A stretch of 64,000 bases of DNA, taken from NCBI RefSeq assembly GCF_009914755.1, contig NC_060936.1; one strand, given 5' to 3'. The stretch is from the human T2T-CHM13v2.0 reference genome, Homo sapiens. The translations under genes were made by a program, and so were the position numbers. The stretch's first letter is position 1. Each line of letters begins with the position of its first letter. Below the pieces are notes generated by a model. It was not told where the DNA came from. It saw nothing but the letters and a program-made list of their open reading frames with translations, and did not search any database. Positions 44,290 to 64,000 of this stretch are shown here, in pieces.

Positions 44290-45477
44290 ACAGTCCTTGC
44301 TTGGCATGGTAACAGCACAGATTTCAATTAGCACCGTTTAGTTATATAACACAAGTCCCCCAATAATACAGTTCAAATTTCAGTTACCACAGTATATTCA
44401 CTGTAAGTAATTGCATAAATACAAGCTTTGCTGCCAGGTTTTCAGTCCACAAAATTACTATGTAAATAACAGATGCACGCCATGGTCAGTGACCACAGCA
44501 CATCACTTCATTTCTAGTCTGCTGGTGACTGGTCACTGGACATCTGTTATTTAGTTATGCACAGACAGCAAAGCATGTAGTTGTGTTGCCTCTTTATCTC
44601 CAAGTAACATTGTAAAAAATGGACGATAGAATTTGCCAATAAAGATAAAAGTGAAGCAAAGAAACAAAAAGTGATTATTGTGGCAGTGAAGTTCAAATCA
44701 AAGATCACTGGAGTTACAGAAGAAATTGGTGGCCATGGGAATGTTGACATTGCCACTGTTCAACTCCAGATGGGCATCCAGAGAGACTTAGTAAAGGTAA
44801 ACTTATGAACACAAATAAGGAAGGAAGTTGTAAGGAAAAGGATAAAGATGTTCCAGAAAGTGACATGGGCAAAAAATTCACATTAAAGGAATGCTGAAAG
44901 ATATCTCACAACATTGAAAGCACAAAGGAAAACTTAGAAAGGAGGCTGGGCATGGTGGCTCACACCTGTAATCCCAGCACTTTGGAAGGCTGAGGCTTGA
45001 GCTCAGGAGTTCAAGACCAGCCTGAGCAACATAGGGAGACCCCGTCTCTACAAAAAATAAAAAAGTTAGCCAGGTGTGGTGTTATGTACCTATGGTCCCA
45101 ACTACTCAGAAGGCTGAGGTGGGAGGATCGCTTTAGCCTGGGAGGTCAAGGTTGTGGTGAGCTGTGATCATGCCACTGTACTTCAGCTCAGGTGACAAAG
45201 ACCCTGTCTCAAAAAAAAAAAAGCAAAACACATTAATTCTCAATATTTCTGTTTTAAATTATGGCATAATAAAGAAATATTAGGTTTACAATTTTTTCAT
45301 TTCTCTATATATTTATATCCAACAGTAAGAAAGTTTTTAATATTTTGACAAAAGTTTTTAAACATCACAAAACAATTGTAATTTTTCCCACTGATAATTG
45401 AGATCACTTTGAAGGGTGTTGGCTTGCATATCATGTTTACAGAACAGTGTTATCATGCAAAGTGAAGACTGCCTGTA
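44290..45477. mobile_element. MER82-like TcMar-Tigger fossil with an Alu insertion (~44944-45225)
   Basis: TIR-like ends CAGTCCTTGCTTGGCA and TGCAAAGTGAAGACTG; internal inverted repeat AATAACAGATG…CATCTGTTATT. Confidence 0.65.
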
Positions 45478-46532
45478 CTTTACATGTATTATTTCATTTA
45501 CCTATTTCTTTCTTTCTTTTTTTCCCCCCTTGCTAGGTCACTGCCCCATTTTCAGCACTAGATGGTGCTGAAACCCACGTTTGCCTCCATTCTAATAAAT
45601 AATCAGTGCCCCTCATCCTTAATGGGGGATATCCCAGTAGTTTGGGAAGGCTAGCTAGGGGTTCAGTGTCCAAGGGACCTATGGACCCAACCTCCTACAG
45701 TGTGGTGCTGCTGAACAGCCACTATGATTTGGTGTCTCCATCTCTTTTTGTCAAGTTACACAGCAGAGTTTCCAGAGCTGGGATGGTAGTCTCACCTCTC
45801 CCCTTTGTCTCTGGCTGTTCTCAGGGATATTTCTCCTCTAGGGACTGCTGATGCTTCTAGTGGTTGAGGCTGGGACAAGTCTCCTGCAAGGGAACCCAAG
45901 ATTGTGGAGAAGCTGGTTGTCTATGCCTTGATCTCACTTTTTACAGTGTACAGACTGTGAGTTGGGGGAAATTTTCATGCAGTTGGTGCCTGGCAGATTG
46001 TGGGGAGGGGATTACAGATATGGAAGTCTGATTCTCTTACCATCTGCTCAGAGTTTTTTAAACTTCTCTGTGGCCCCAGCAAATGTCTCATCCTCATATT
46101 TGAGTTCTCGGATATTGCTGGTGATAATTTCAGTGTTGAATATTAGTTTTGGGTTTTCCATTGGGGGGTGTGAAGCCAGATTGCTTCCTTGCTGCCACTT
46201 TGGAACCATATTATCTCATTTAATCCTTTGACTAACCCTAAGAAGCAGATGCTCTTATTATTCCCATTTTATAGACAAAGAATCTGAGGTTCAAAGAGGA
46301 TAAATAATTTGACCAAGGCCATACAACTAGTTAAGTAGCTACAACCTATTGGGTCTTAAAGCCCTTGATCTTAACCCCAAATGAAACAGTCCAGGTAAAT
46401 GACTCTGGTGGGTGTTTGATACGGAGGAGTGGGCAGAGAGGAGAGGAAGTAGTGAGAGATGAAAGTACCTTCTCTAACATATGCCTAAAAAGTCTAGAGC
46501 AGCACTGTCCAATAGAGCTTTCTATAACACAA

Positions 46533-46861
46533 CAGATGCTCCCTTACCCAAGGGGGATACATTCAAAGACCCCCAGAGATGCCTAAAACCACGGATAGCA
46601 CCAAATCCTATATACCTCTAACTAAGACAGCTACTCAATTACGAATGGGCAGGTGGCACATACAGTGTGGAAACACTGGACAAAGGATGATTCACATCCC
46701 AGGCAGGTAAGAGCGGGACAGCGCAAGACTTCATCATGTGACTCAGGATGTTACACAATTTAAAACTTACAAATTGCTTATTTCTGGAATTTTCCATTTA
46801 ATATTCTCAGACTGCATTGACTGTGGGTAAGTGAAACCATGGCTAAAGAGGGATTCCTGTA
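46533..46861. mobile_element. Tigger2/MER28-like DNA transposon fossil
   Basis: Characteristic TTATTTCTGGAATTTTCCATTTAATATT block and Tigger-type ends. Confidence 0.55.
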
Positions 46862-48159
46862 CATGTATAGAATACATAATATTTATATAATCTATAATAG
46901 AGAATTAATGTATCTATTCAACCCTGGTATACATGTAGGTATACATGGACTTCAGGATCCATCTTTTCTTGATCCTCCAGGACCTTGATCCACCAAATCC
47001 CAGCTCTTTCTGAACAGATCTACTTGCCCTATGGGATGTAATTTCCAGTGGAGCTGCTCTACTTCACTAAGTACTCAGGAAATTAGGCTTCTTCCAGCTC
47101 ATGGTCCAAGATGGCTGCTCCAGTTCTAGCCATTACATCTACATTCCAGACAGCAGGAAAGAGTAAGAGAAAGGAAGCTTCCCTCCTCTAGAACACATTC
47201 TGGAATTATATATATTACTTTTGCTTACAACCCATAGGTCAATATTTAGCCACAGGCCACAACAAGTTGAGGGAAGCTTGGGAAATTAGTTTTTATTTAG
47301 AATGGTCATGTGCCCAGCTCAGAGTCCAGATTCTGTTACTGAAAAGAAAAGGAGAGCAGATCTTGAAGGAGAGTGGGTACAGTAGTCTGGGAAAGTTCTT
47401 ATTTGTTTGTATTTTGTTTGTTTGTTTTTTTCCTTCCCAGCCTCAATAATGAGAGGCAGGCAAGGAGAAGGTTGGAAATGATTGCTGGTTGTGCTCTTCC
47501 GACCTTTTGTTTGCAACTGGATCCTTCTTCTGGGCCCACAAGTCTCACCATCCAAAATAATAACAATTTACACAGTACCTCTCTCTCCTTGCCAGCCATT
47601 GTTCTTTCTTTCCTTACATGGCCAAGTCTCTGTAAAGAATAGACTACACATGTTATCCGCATTTTCTAACTCATGCTTCAGTTCTCTCTGGCTTCTTTCC
47701 CTCCCACTCCATTGAAAACATTTTAATTCTAGGCCACTACTAACCTCCTAATTTGCAAATCCAACAGTTGCTTCTTCGTCCTCTTCTTCCCTGACCTCTC
47801 TGTGGCTTTTGGCTTTCCTTACCACTTCTGCCTCTATGAAACCCTCTTTGCCTGTGGCTTCTTTGACATCACCCTCACCCAGTTCCCTTTTAACTTCTCT
47901 GGCTACCTATTCTCTATTTCCTTCATGAGTGCCTCCTCTTGTCTTTACCCCATCAATGCTGGCTTCTTCAGGGTGCTATTTTCCATCCCTCTTCTCCAAA
48001 CTCTCCTCCTAGGTTGTTGTTTCCAAACTACATTCTTGAAGTTTCAGAGATTGAAGGTACTTTACTGTGAAATGGGGACCTATTTTAGATGCCTCCCTCA
48101 AGGACAGATTACTCAAAACTGCTCTACTAAAACATCTTTCCCATTGGATTATGTACTTT

Positions 48160-48893
<734 letters not shown>

Positions 48894-49388
48894 CATTTCC
48901 TCATCACCCTGCAGCTCCCTATCTAAGCCACCAGTTATAGCTTGCAATCTCTTTTGTCTTAAAAATATTTTGCCTTAATTTTTCTCCTAGTTCAAGGGTA
49001 CTTGGGCTTTCAAATATCATAGACTAGTTTTTTTAAATTTGAAGTTCAACATTAGGGTTGGAACGTTTGATTTTTTCCTTTAACCTTGTGCTATAAGGGC
49101 ATTAGAAAAAAACTACCATCTAGGCACAAAACTCTCAGAACAAAGTACAGTTCTTTAAATTAAACACTTTGGGTTTTATGAAAAACTCACTGCTTTATTC
49201 CAACTCTTCCAGTTTTATTTCAAATCCATAAAAACTTTATTATGGCAACATTTAAGAGCCTCCTATGTTATGTATGTGACATAGAAAAATATTAATAGAT
49301 AAATATTCATAACCTCTTTTCTGTTCGCAGACATCTTATTTCTCCCTCCCTTTCCAAATTCTCTTTGGACATATTATGAAATTGGGCT

Positions 49389-50065
<677 letters not shown>

Positions 50066-50547
50066 TGAGAATTCCTTTTTAAAACATAGAGAGTTATCTC
50101 TCAAAAAAAGCTTAGATAGATGAGAAGGTGGAGAAGCATGCTGAGGTTTAAGGGAGTTGGGTGAATGAGGCATATAAGAGAAATTGAAAATGGTAAAATA
50201 AGAGGAAAAAAGAGTTTTAGGAAATTTACTATACAGTGTCTGTGTTCTCCTTTGAGTACCTCTTGAGAATCTGAGGTAGGGATTTAAATTGCTTTCAATT
50301 TTTTCTTCCACTGGACTTGTATCTCTTATTTATCTCTCTTTAATAAAAATAGAGATGGGATCTCACCATCTTGACCGAGCTGGTCTCAAACTCCTGGGAT
50401 CAGTGGATCCTTCTGTCTCAGCCTCCAAAAGTGCTGGGATTACAGGTGTGAGTCACCATGCCCAGTCCTTTTTCAATTAAAATTTTAAAAAATAACTTGT
50501 ATTGTGGATATTTAAGATATACAATATGAAGTTGATATCATATAGAC

Positions 50548-50872
50548 CAGGGGTCCCCAGTCCCCAGCAACCAGTCCTCGGCCTGTTCGGAACCCCCATG
50601 ACCTTCCTGAGCTCTGCCTCCTGTCAGATCAACCGCGCATTAGATTCTCATAGGAGCTCGAACCCTACTGTGAACTGCCCATAGGAGGGATCTAAATTGT
50701 GTACTCCCTATGAGAATCTTATGCCTGATGATCTGAGGTGGAACAGTTTCATGCCAAAACCATAGCCCCCATCCCCTTGCCAAGTCCATACCACCCACTC
50801 CCCTGCCAAGTCCGTGGAAAAATTGTCTTCCATGAAACCGGTCCCTAGTGCCAAAAAGGTTGGGGACAGCTG
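50548..50872. mobile_element. MER1-like hAT-Charlie fossil
   Basis: CAGGGGTCCCCA…GCCAAAAAGGTTGGGGACAGCTG terminal inverted ends. Confidence 0.75.
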
Positions 50873-51042
50873 AAACAGGCAGTCACAAGGTTACTATAGT
50901 GAAGCATATTAACATATCCATCATCTCATATAGTTACCACCAACCCTTTTTGTGTCTCTGTGGCAAGAGTGGCTAAAATCTACTCATTTGGCATGAATCC
51001 CATATGCAGTGCAGTTTTATTCCTAATGGACTTGTGTGATTA

Positions 51043-51225
<183 letters not shown>

Positions 51226-51641
51226 CTATCTAAAATAAATAAATAAAAATAAAGAGTTGCGTATGACTGCTACCAGAGGCAGTATGGTATAATGGTTGGA
51301 TATGACTGCTATCAGAGGCAGTATGGTATATGATATAAGGGCTTGGGGGTTCTGGAATCAGAAGCCCTGTGTTGGAATCCTGGCCCCAGTCTTTTTTTTC
51401 AACACCTCTCCTTTGTGTCCATCAGAAAATTACCTTACTGCACTGTGCCTCATTTCCCCATCCATGAAAGGGAGATAACAGGAGCCACCACACTGGATTG
51501 CTGGATGGATTACATGAGTTAATACACATGAGGCACTTAGGGCATGCCAGGCTGTGGACAGCCCTCACTTGTTAGCTAGCAATGAAACAGAAACCTAGAA
51601 AACCATCTCTCCTCTGCTTAAGCCAAACAAACCAAAAATAC

Positions 51642-51880
51642 CTCTTGTGGCTCACGGTTCCCAAGCTTCCTGGCATGGCTCCGCACAAAGCTGCCTTCGG
51701 TTCGCCCGGCAGGCTTTGTAGCGACCTTCCCTGCCCGGGTCCCAGTCACGGTCGGGAGCAGCCGCCGTGGCCCGGGCTCGCGAGGCAGGCTCCCGCCCGC
51801 ACCCTCCCGTGCGAGGTCCCCGCCCTGCGCTCCCAGCTCTTCGAACCTCTACCCGAGCTTCTCTCACGTTGCTTGTGAGA
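51642..51880 (-). other. GLT8D2: Candidate distal first exon of GLT8D2, divergent from HCFC2
   Basis: CpG-rich segment at the left edge of the HCFC2 island, ending on the minus-strand donor AAGAG|gtattt at 51641. Consistent with the head-to-head arrangement. Confidence 0.5.
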
Positions 51881-53020
51881 CTGCCTCGCCCACACATCCT
51901 AGATGCTCAATTAAAGTGGACGTAAAGGAAGATGCTGTGGCTTCTTCCCAAAATACCGAACGGGAGGCTCTGGGTGGGGATGGGAGACGTGGTCGGTGGG
52001 AAGCGTCCTTCCACCCTAAGGTGCGTTGCTCCGGGTGGCCGCTGGCCAAGTCGCCTGGGGTGGGGGCGGGGCTCCCCTGTCAGGACCCCCCTTCCCCAGC
52101 GTCTCTCCACTGCCCGCGGGCCTCCAGCCTGGCCGCCGGCGCCCGCGGCCACGTGACCCCAGCACAGCTGGAGGCGGGTCCCCGCCCTCCCCAGGGAGCA
52201 GCCGGTTGAGGCGGGAGCGGTGCATTGTGGGCAGAGGGGCGGGGGTTGGGAAGATGGCGGCTCCCAGCCTCCTCAACTGGAGGCGAGTTTCTTCCTTCAC
52301 GGGGCCGGTCCCCCGCGCCCGGCACGGACACCGAGCGGTGGCCATCCGGGAGCTGATGATCATCTTTGGAGGGGGAAATGAGGGCATCGCGGATGAGCTG
52401 CACGTCTACAACACGGGTAGGCGCGGCGGCGGCTCGTCGGCCCCGCCTGCTGGAGCTGCGGAGGGGGAGGGGAGGCGAGGCGGCGGCCGCGGCCCTGACA
52501 GCTGTCACCGCCCGGTCACTGCTTCCTTGGGCGGGCGGCGGGGAGCGCGGCTCAGCCGGGCAGCCCGGGTCCGGCAGCTCTGTCCCGGACCGCAGCTCAG
52601 GATCTCCGGGGCCCTTGGGGCGCAACGGACCCCGAGCGGGGCGCACCGGCCTTCAGGCGGGGGATCCCGGACGCCCCCACCCCAGCCCGACAGGCGGACG
52701 CAGGCGACAGAAGACCATGTCCAACCGCCTGGGCCACTCCCCGAAATCTCGCCTCTGTCAAAAAACAAAACCCACTCCAAACCAAAGTTCCTTAGGGCCT
52801 TTCCCGTCTTTGCCTGCCTTCCTTCCTTAGGAGGAAGACCATCTAGGGGGTGAGGAGGGAAAACGAGAGGCCTTCTGGCACTCTCGCCTCAAATACAACC
52901 CGGTGTTTGGCAGGTAACGGTCAAGAGCCCCTCCGTGAGCCGCGCTCTAAAGCGGCGGGGACGTGGTGAGGCGGCCTTGTGTCTGCATACTCGGTGTGGA
53001 CGCCCTTCTGGACTGGCCCT
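51680..53020. promoter_or_regulatory. CpG island / bidirectional promoter HCFC2-GLT8D2
   Basis: Very high GC and CpG content. GC box GGGGCGGGGC ~52063-52072, E-box GGCCACGTGACC (CACGTG 52150-52155), YY1-type AAGATGGCGGC over the ATG. No TATA box seen. Confidence 0.9.
52254..52416 (+). CDS. HCFC2: HCFC2 (host cell factor C2) coding exon 1
   Basis: [54 protein letters not shown], the HCF-family Kelch repeat 1. Strong Kozak aagATGG; donor ACGG|gtaggc. Confidence 0.97.
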
Positions 53021-53547
53021 CGGAAAGAGGACTGTCATAACTTGAGCACCACTGCAGATCACAAGTGCCCCTGGGCAGGGAGCCCCTATCTTTGAGGACC
53101 TCTGTGGAATAGAAAGGAAACTGGATTTAATTTTTTTTTCCCCTTGTAAATGCTCAGGCTGTCACAAGAAATCTGTTTGGTGTAAAGACAGTGATGGAAT
53201 TTTGGGTCTACTTCATGACCGATAACTTTTCTTTGATCAAACAACTTAATCACAGGAATAATTTGAAGGTTAACAAAATAGTGGAGTCTGAGAAGTTTTA
53301 TTTTTTTCACCCTCTCCTCCTCCCAGCGCCCCAGCATATGAAGGTAAAAAGTTACTGACACTTTGGTCTTAGTGTAAAATCCCTGGCTTTGGAACAAATT
53401 AGACCTGATTTGAATCTTGCTCTGCCGGTTGCCCAGGATCAGCGCTAAAGTTACCAAACCTTTTTAAGCCTCACAATTTTCAGTTGTAAAATAGAGATTT
53501 TTATACTCACCCAGCAGGGCGTTTTGTAAGAATTAAATGATACAGAT

Positions 53548-53778
53548 CAGGGTTTTTCAACAGCAGCACTCTCGACCTTTTGGGCCAGGTAATTCTTTGT
53601 TGAGGTTGGGGGAAGCTGCCCTGTATTGCCCTGTACATTGTAAGATGTTTGGCAGCATCCCTGCCTCTACCTACTAGATGCCAGTAACAGCCCCCTCCAG
53701 TTGTGACAACTAAAAATGTCACCAGACATTACCAAATGTCTTCTGGGGGGCAGAATCATCCCCAGTTGAGACCCACTG
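53548..53778. mobile_element. MER20-like DNA transposon fossil
   Basis: …TGTGACAACTAAAAATGTCACCAGACATTACCAAATGTC…GTTGAGACCCACTG. Confidence 0.7.
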
Positions 53779-53859
53779 ATATTGATGATATATATTTGCT
53801 GATAGTATATGATAACCGTTGTTTGTTATAATCGGTTTTCATTTTATTTTGGCAACTAG

Positions 53860-54008
53860 CTACGAATCAGTGGTTTCTGCCAGCTGTTAGAGGAGATATC
53901 CCTCCAGGCTGTGCTGCCCATGGATTTGTCTGTGATGGTACCAGAATATTAGTATTTGGGGGAATGGTTGAATATGGAAGATACAGCAATGAGTTATATG
54001 AGTTACAA
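53860..54008 (+). CDS. HCFC2: HCFC2 coding exon 2 (149 nt)
   Basis: ctag|CTACGAAT...TTACAA|gtaagt. Reads [50 protein letters not shown]; phase matches exon 1. Confidence 0.97.
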
Positions 54009-54111
54009 GTAAGTGTATTTAATATTGTTTCATTCTGAGGCTTTAATAATGATATTGTTCATAATTTTTCAAAAGATTGCAACATTACTAACATTGTTTA
54101 ACACATTTTAA

Positions 54112-54174
54112 TATTATTCAAGTAATGTATTATTCAAGTAAAGTATTATTCAAGTAATATTATTCAAGTAATGT
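54112..54174. repeat. Minisatellite, about 4 copies of TATTATTCAAGTAA(TG)
   Basis: Direct reading; period 14-16 nt. Confidence 0.9.
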
Positions 54175-54477
54175 AAACTTCACATTTTATAGCTTTATAG
54201 AAAATGTTTCCACTTCACTTAAAACCCAAAGTTTCCTGGCAAGTCTTTTTCCCATACCCAGTGCAACATTTATAACATCAAGATATCTGTTACGTAGCAT
54301 CAGTTGTACATGTTATATATTTAGGTTTTTGTATCTTAATGCAGTAGAAACTTTAGCCTGCAACAGGAGCGCCTGGAGAACCTGTGAAAACACAGATTGC
54401 TGGGTCCTACCCAGAGAGTTTCTGAGTCAGAGGAAGGCCATGAGCATTTGCATTTCTACCAGGTTCCCAGCTGCTGA

Positions 54478-54790
<313 letters not shown>

Positions 54791-55639
54791 TAAGTATTAA
54801 GTACTGCAGGACTCACAGAGGGATAGTTGGCATTGGTATCAACTGACAGATTCACAACTTTGAATAAAACTTTCCACATTTGGAAAATCACCATGCCTGG
54901 CCCCTAGGCTATACTTTGAAAACCACTGCTTTAGTGTTTTAGAAATTGTTACCCTCATACTAATATTTACTACACCCCCCACCTTGACAATACATACAAA
55001 AGAGGAGTAACAGTTTCCCATAACCTTTCTAAATTTGAGTCTTATTAAACCAGACTCATAGCCCTTGTTGACTTTTCTTCCTGATCTGTGCCTTATCCCT
55101 AGGGCGGTGATCATGCGGGTATCTGCTAATTGGCAGATGTGAGTGGTTATACCTATTTACAAGCAACTCATTGCAAAAATAATTTTAGCTAAAGAAAACA
55201 TCCATGGCCAGAGAATAAGTTTTGGAATTTGATATGTTAAATGAGCTTTATGTTTACCTTTAAAAGGTTAAAATATTTACCATTCATGGATTACCTTTTT
55301 TCAGAAAGTAAGAATATATAAATTACATTTAATCTTGAAGCTATGTATAATACTTTATTTTTCATTTGGAAACTACTTTAGAACAGTTAGTGTTTATTAT
55401 TATATGCTGAGTTTGCCATGGAAATCTGTGAATATGGAAGAGTAACTTGAATGTCTACTGGAACATATATTTTAATTCCAGAAGTTAGCTGGTTATTTGT
55501 CATTTGTCCCAAAAGTAGTTTTTTAGTGCCTTCTGATGGGATTTAGATTAAAATGTATTGATATGATGTTGCACTATTGACAATATAGGAGTGCTTTCTT
55601 GATTTTGTCTGACTGTATTTGTGCCCTTTTTTTTTTTAG

Positions 55640-55800
55640 GCAAGTCGTTGGTTATGGAAAAAAGTGAAACCCCATCCCCCTCCTTCTGGTTTACCTCCTT
55701 GTCCTCGGCTTGGACATAGCTTCTCTTTATATGGTAACAAATGCTATTTGTTTGGTGGCCTGGCAAACGAAAGCGAAGATTCAAACAATAATGTTCCCAG
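55640..55800 (+). CDS. HCFC2: HCFC2 coding exon 3 (161 nt)
   Basis: (t)nag|GCAAGT...CCCAG|gtatgc. Reads [53 protein letters not shown]; phase-0 start matches exon 2. Confidence 0.97.
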
Positions 55801-56715
55801 GTATGCTGACTCTTTCAGACCAAATGCTTATTTTATGATTTAGAGTAGGAACATTTTATTTTTTCCATCTTTAATTTTTAAAAGGGATGATGCTTAGCTT
55901 TTTGCATTTCAACCTAACAGTGGACAGATTTGTGTGTGTTTGTGTTTTCCTTAGTACCTGGAGCATACTTGTTTTCAAAACTGTGTCTTTTCTTCAGAAA
56001 GCATTGGAGCTAAAAACAAAAAAACTGTGTCTTTCTAATGAGAAATCATCTTATTAAATTAATATTAATGTAACTGCTTGTATCAATATATTTGTATATA
56101 TTGAGCCATAATGCATTTTAGCTGCCTCATAAATGATAATGAAAAGTAACAGATGGTTATTTTAAAATTAGATTTCTCTGGGAATTTGGCGACAAAACTC
56201 TGACTATAAAATGAAAGCTATCATTTCCATGTTTTATACAGGAAGCTATTAGAGTAGTTCACGCTAGCATATACTTTTACAATCAATTCTTTCCTCCTTT
56301 TTCCCAAACAGAATTAATTCACTACCTCTTTTCTTTTCACATCATGTTTTGTTTGTTTGTTTGTATGTTGAGTTCCAATAAGCCTTTATGAAGCAGCTCA
56401 TAGGCAGGTTTGGTCCACAGGGTGTAGTTTGCTGGCACAGATTGTAAATAATGGGGCTATCTACATTGTTGACCCCTATTATAGCTAATGTTGGTTTTGT
56501 CTGCAAAGAATTCCTCTTTCCTTTGGGGAACTATACTGTTCCATGTAGTTTTTTTTTTTAATAAATTTTATTTGTGTAAATTTAAGGTATATAACATGAT
56601 GGTATAAGATAGATATTTTGTATATATATTAAAATGGTTACTATAGTGGTAATATATCCGTCATTTCATATAGTTACCCATTTTTTTCTGCCTGGGGCAT
56701 GAGCAGCTGTAGTCA

Positions 56716-57026
<311 letters not shown>

Positions 57027-57359
57027 ATCCTGAATACAATGCATTATTATTAACTGTAGTCCTCATGTTGTACATTAGATCTCTCAATTTGTTTATCCTA
57101 GGTATTTGCTACTTTGTATCTTTTGACCTACATTTCCCCATTTCCTTCCCTTCCTGTCACTCTGACCCTGGTAACCACTGTTTTATTCTCTATTTCTATA
57201 TGTTTTACCTTTTTTGTTAAAAAAAAAAAAAAGATTTCACATATGAGATCATGCAATATTGTTCTTTGTGTCTGTCTTATTTCGCTTACCATAATGTCCT
57301 GCTGCTCCATCCATGCTGTGGCAAATGGTAGTATATTTTTTTCTTTCTTTTTTTTAGAC

Positions 57360-58042
<683 letters not shown>

Positions 58043-58475
58043 ATATTTTTTTCTTTTTAAGCCCGAATAATATTCACATAGTGTTTTGATCACATTGTCA
58101 TTCTAGCACTCAAGCTTTGGAGATTTAGAGTCCAAAGGGCTGTTTTCTGATTCAGGTCTTATCATGTGTGTCCTTTAGAGCAAATAATCTAAGCCTGTTT
58201 CCTTCACTGTGAAATGGGAGTGATTAAATACCTGTTTTACAGTGTCATTGTGATAGTGAAATAAGATCATTGGTATAATTTTCAAAGCACTTTCAGGTTG
58301 CCATAGCATATAATACAGTAGAGTTATCAACCATTATGATGTCTTTTTACCTGCATTAGATTGATGGTAGGATCTTAACTTTTTTTCCAAACTTTTTTAA
58401 AATATAGAAATACTAAAATATCATGGAAAATGTGGAAACTACAGAAAAGGAAAAAAAATTATCCCACCACAGTAA

Positions 58476-58841
<366 letters not shown>

Positions 58842-59781
58842 TAAACAGATTTTTAAAATAACACTGGTAAAAAGTCAAATCAGAAAGTGTACAGTATTCT
58901 TTCAACAGCACTATCCCCCAACATAGGCAAATACACATAATTCAGTTTGATGTACATCTTTTGGAACCTTTTTCATGTAACACTTTTCATGTACCCTTTT
59001 TCATGTATTAGCTTTTGTTAGGTTATTGTTTATAATGGGGCAAGCTTCTCAAGGGTATTCTACTTCAGAGGGCCAGTAGGTGCATGCGGTTACATACAAT
59101 GCTTTTTAAAGCCTATGTTTAAAGCACACATTCATTTCTGGTCACATTCCATTGGTCAAACCAGCCATATGGCCAAGGCCAGAGTCAGTGGTCTAAGGAT
59201 ATATACTGTGCCTACGGGGAAAGAAGAGTTGGGAACACATTAATACGATCCTCCACACAGACCTAACTATTTTATTTTATTTTATTTTATTTTTTTGAGA
59301 AAGGGTCTCACTCTGTTATCCAGGCTGGAGTGCAATGGCACAATGTCAGCTCACTGGAGCCTCCACCTCCCAGGCACAAGTGATCCTCCCACCTCAACCT
59401 GTTTAACTTCTTAAGAAATTCTACCAAATTGTTTTCCAAACTGACTACACTATTTTACATTCCCACCAGCAATATATAAGGGTTTTACTTTCTCCACCTT
59501 GGCTAATATTCATTATTGTCTGTCTTTTTTATTGTCGCCATCCTAGCGGGAGTAAAGTAGTATCTCATTGTGGTTTTAATTTGCATTTCTCTAATGACTA
59601 ATAGTGTTGGACATCTTTTCATGGGCTTTTTAGCCATTCATATATCTTTGGTGAAATTTCTATTCAAATATTGTGCCCGTTTTGAAATTGATAGTTTTCT
59701 TATTATTGAGTTGTAACAATTCTTTATATATTCTGGGTATGTTTTATGTTTTATTTTATTTTTTAATCAGAAATGTGATTT

Positions 59782-63970
<4,189 letters not shown>

Positions 63971-64000
63971 TCTATTAAATGAATGTTCGAAGCTTTTTTA

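Noticed and set aside
52026-52853. 275-aa ORF spanning HCFC2 exon 1
   Set aside because: It has a non-ATG start and reads through into GC-rich intron 1. The real CDS is 52254-52416, spliced in phase to exon 2.

Overview
This is human (primate) genomic DNA, recognisable as the head-to-head GLT8D2/HCFC2 locus. The minus strand carries the 5' part of GLT8D2: two candidate first exons, a 135-nt UTR exon, a 47-nt start-codon exon and a 93-nt exon encoding the signal anchor. The plus strand carries the HCFC2 CpG-island promoter and coding exons 1-3 (Kelch domain). The rest is Alu, L1, MaLR LTR, DNA-transposon fossils and microsatellites. Highlights: (1) a full-length, intact-ORF PGAM1 processed retrocopy with poly(A) and a perfect 17-bp TSD, antisense in GLT8D2 intron 1; (2) 1.7 kb away, a full-length L1PA whose antisense ORF0 homologue is still open and ends on a CAG|GTAAAG donor pointing through the PGAM1 copy toward GLT8D2 exon 2; (3) a candidate 36-nt poison exon with an in-frame TAA inside a hairpin in HCFC2 intron 2; (4) a 52-bp-arm fold-back palindrome apparently built by serial template switching; (5) an exact 20-nt copy of GLT8D2 coding sequence inside an LTR; (6) a long interrupted (GAA)n in an Alu tail. 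Gene and repeat-family names come from memory, not database searches. Repeat boundaries are approximate unless TSDs are given.
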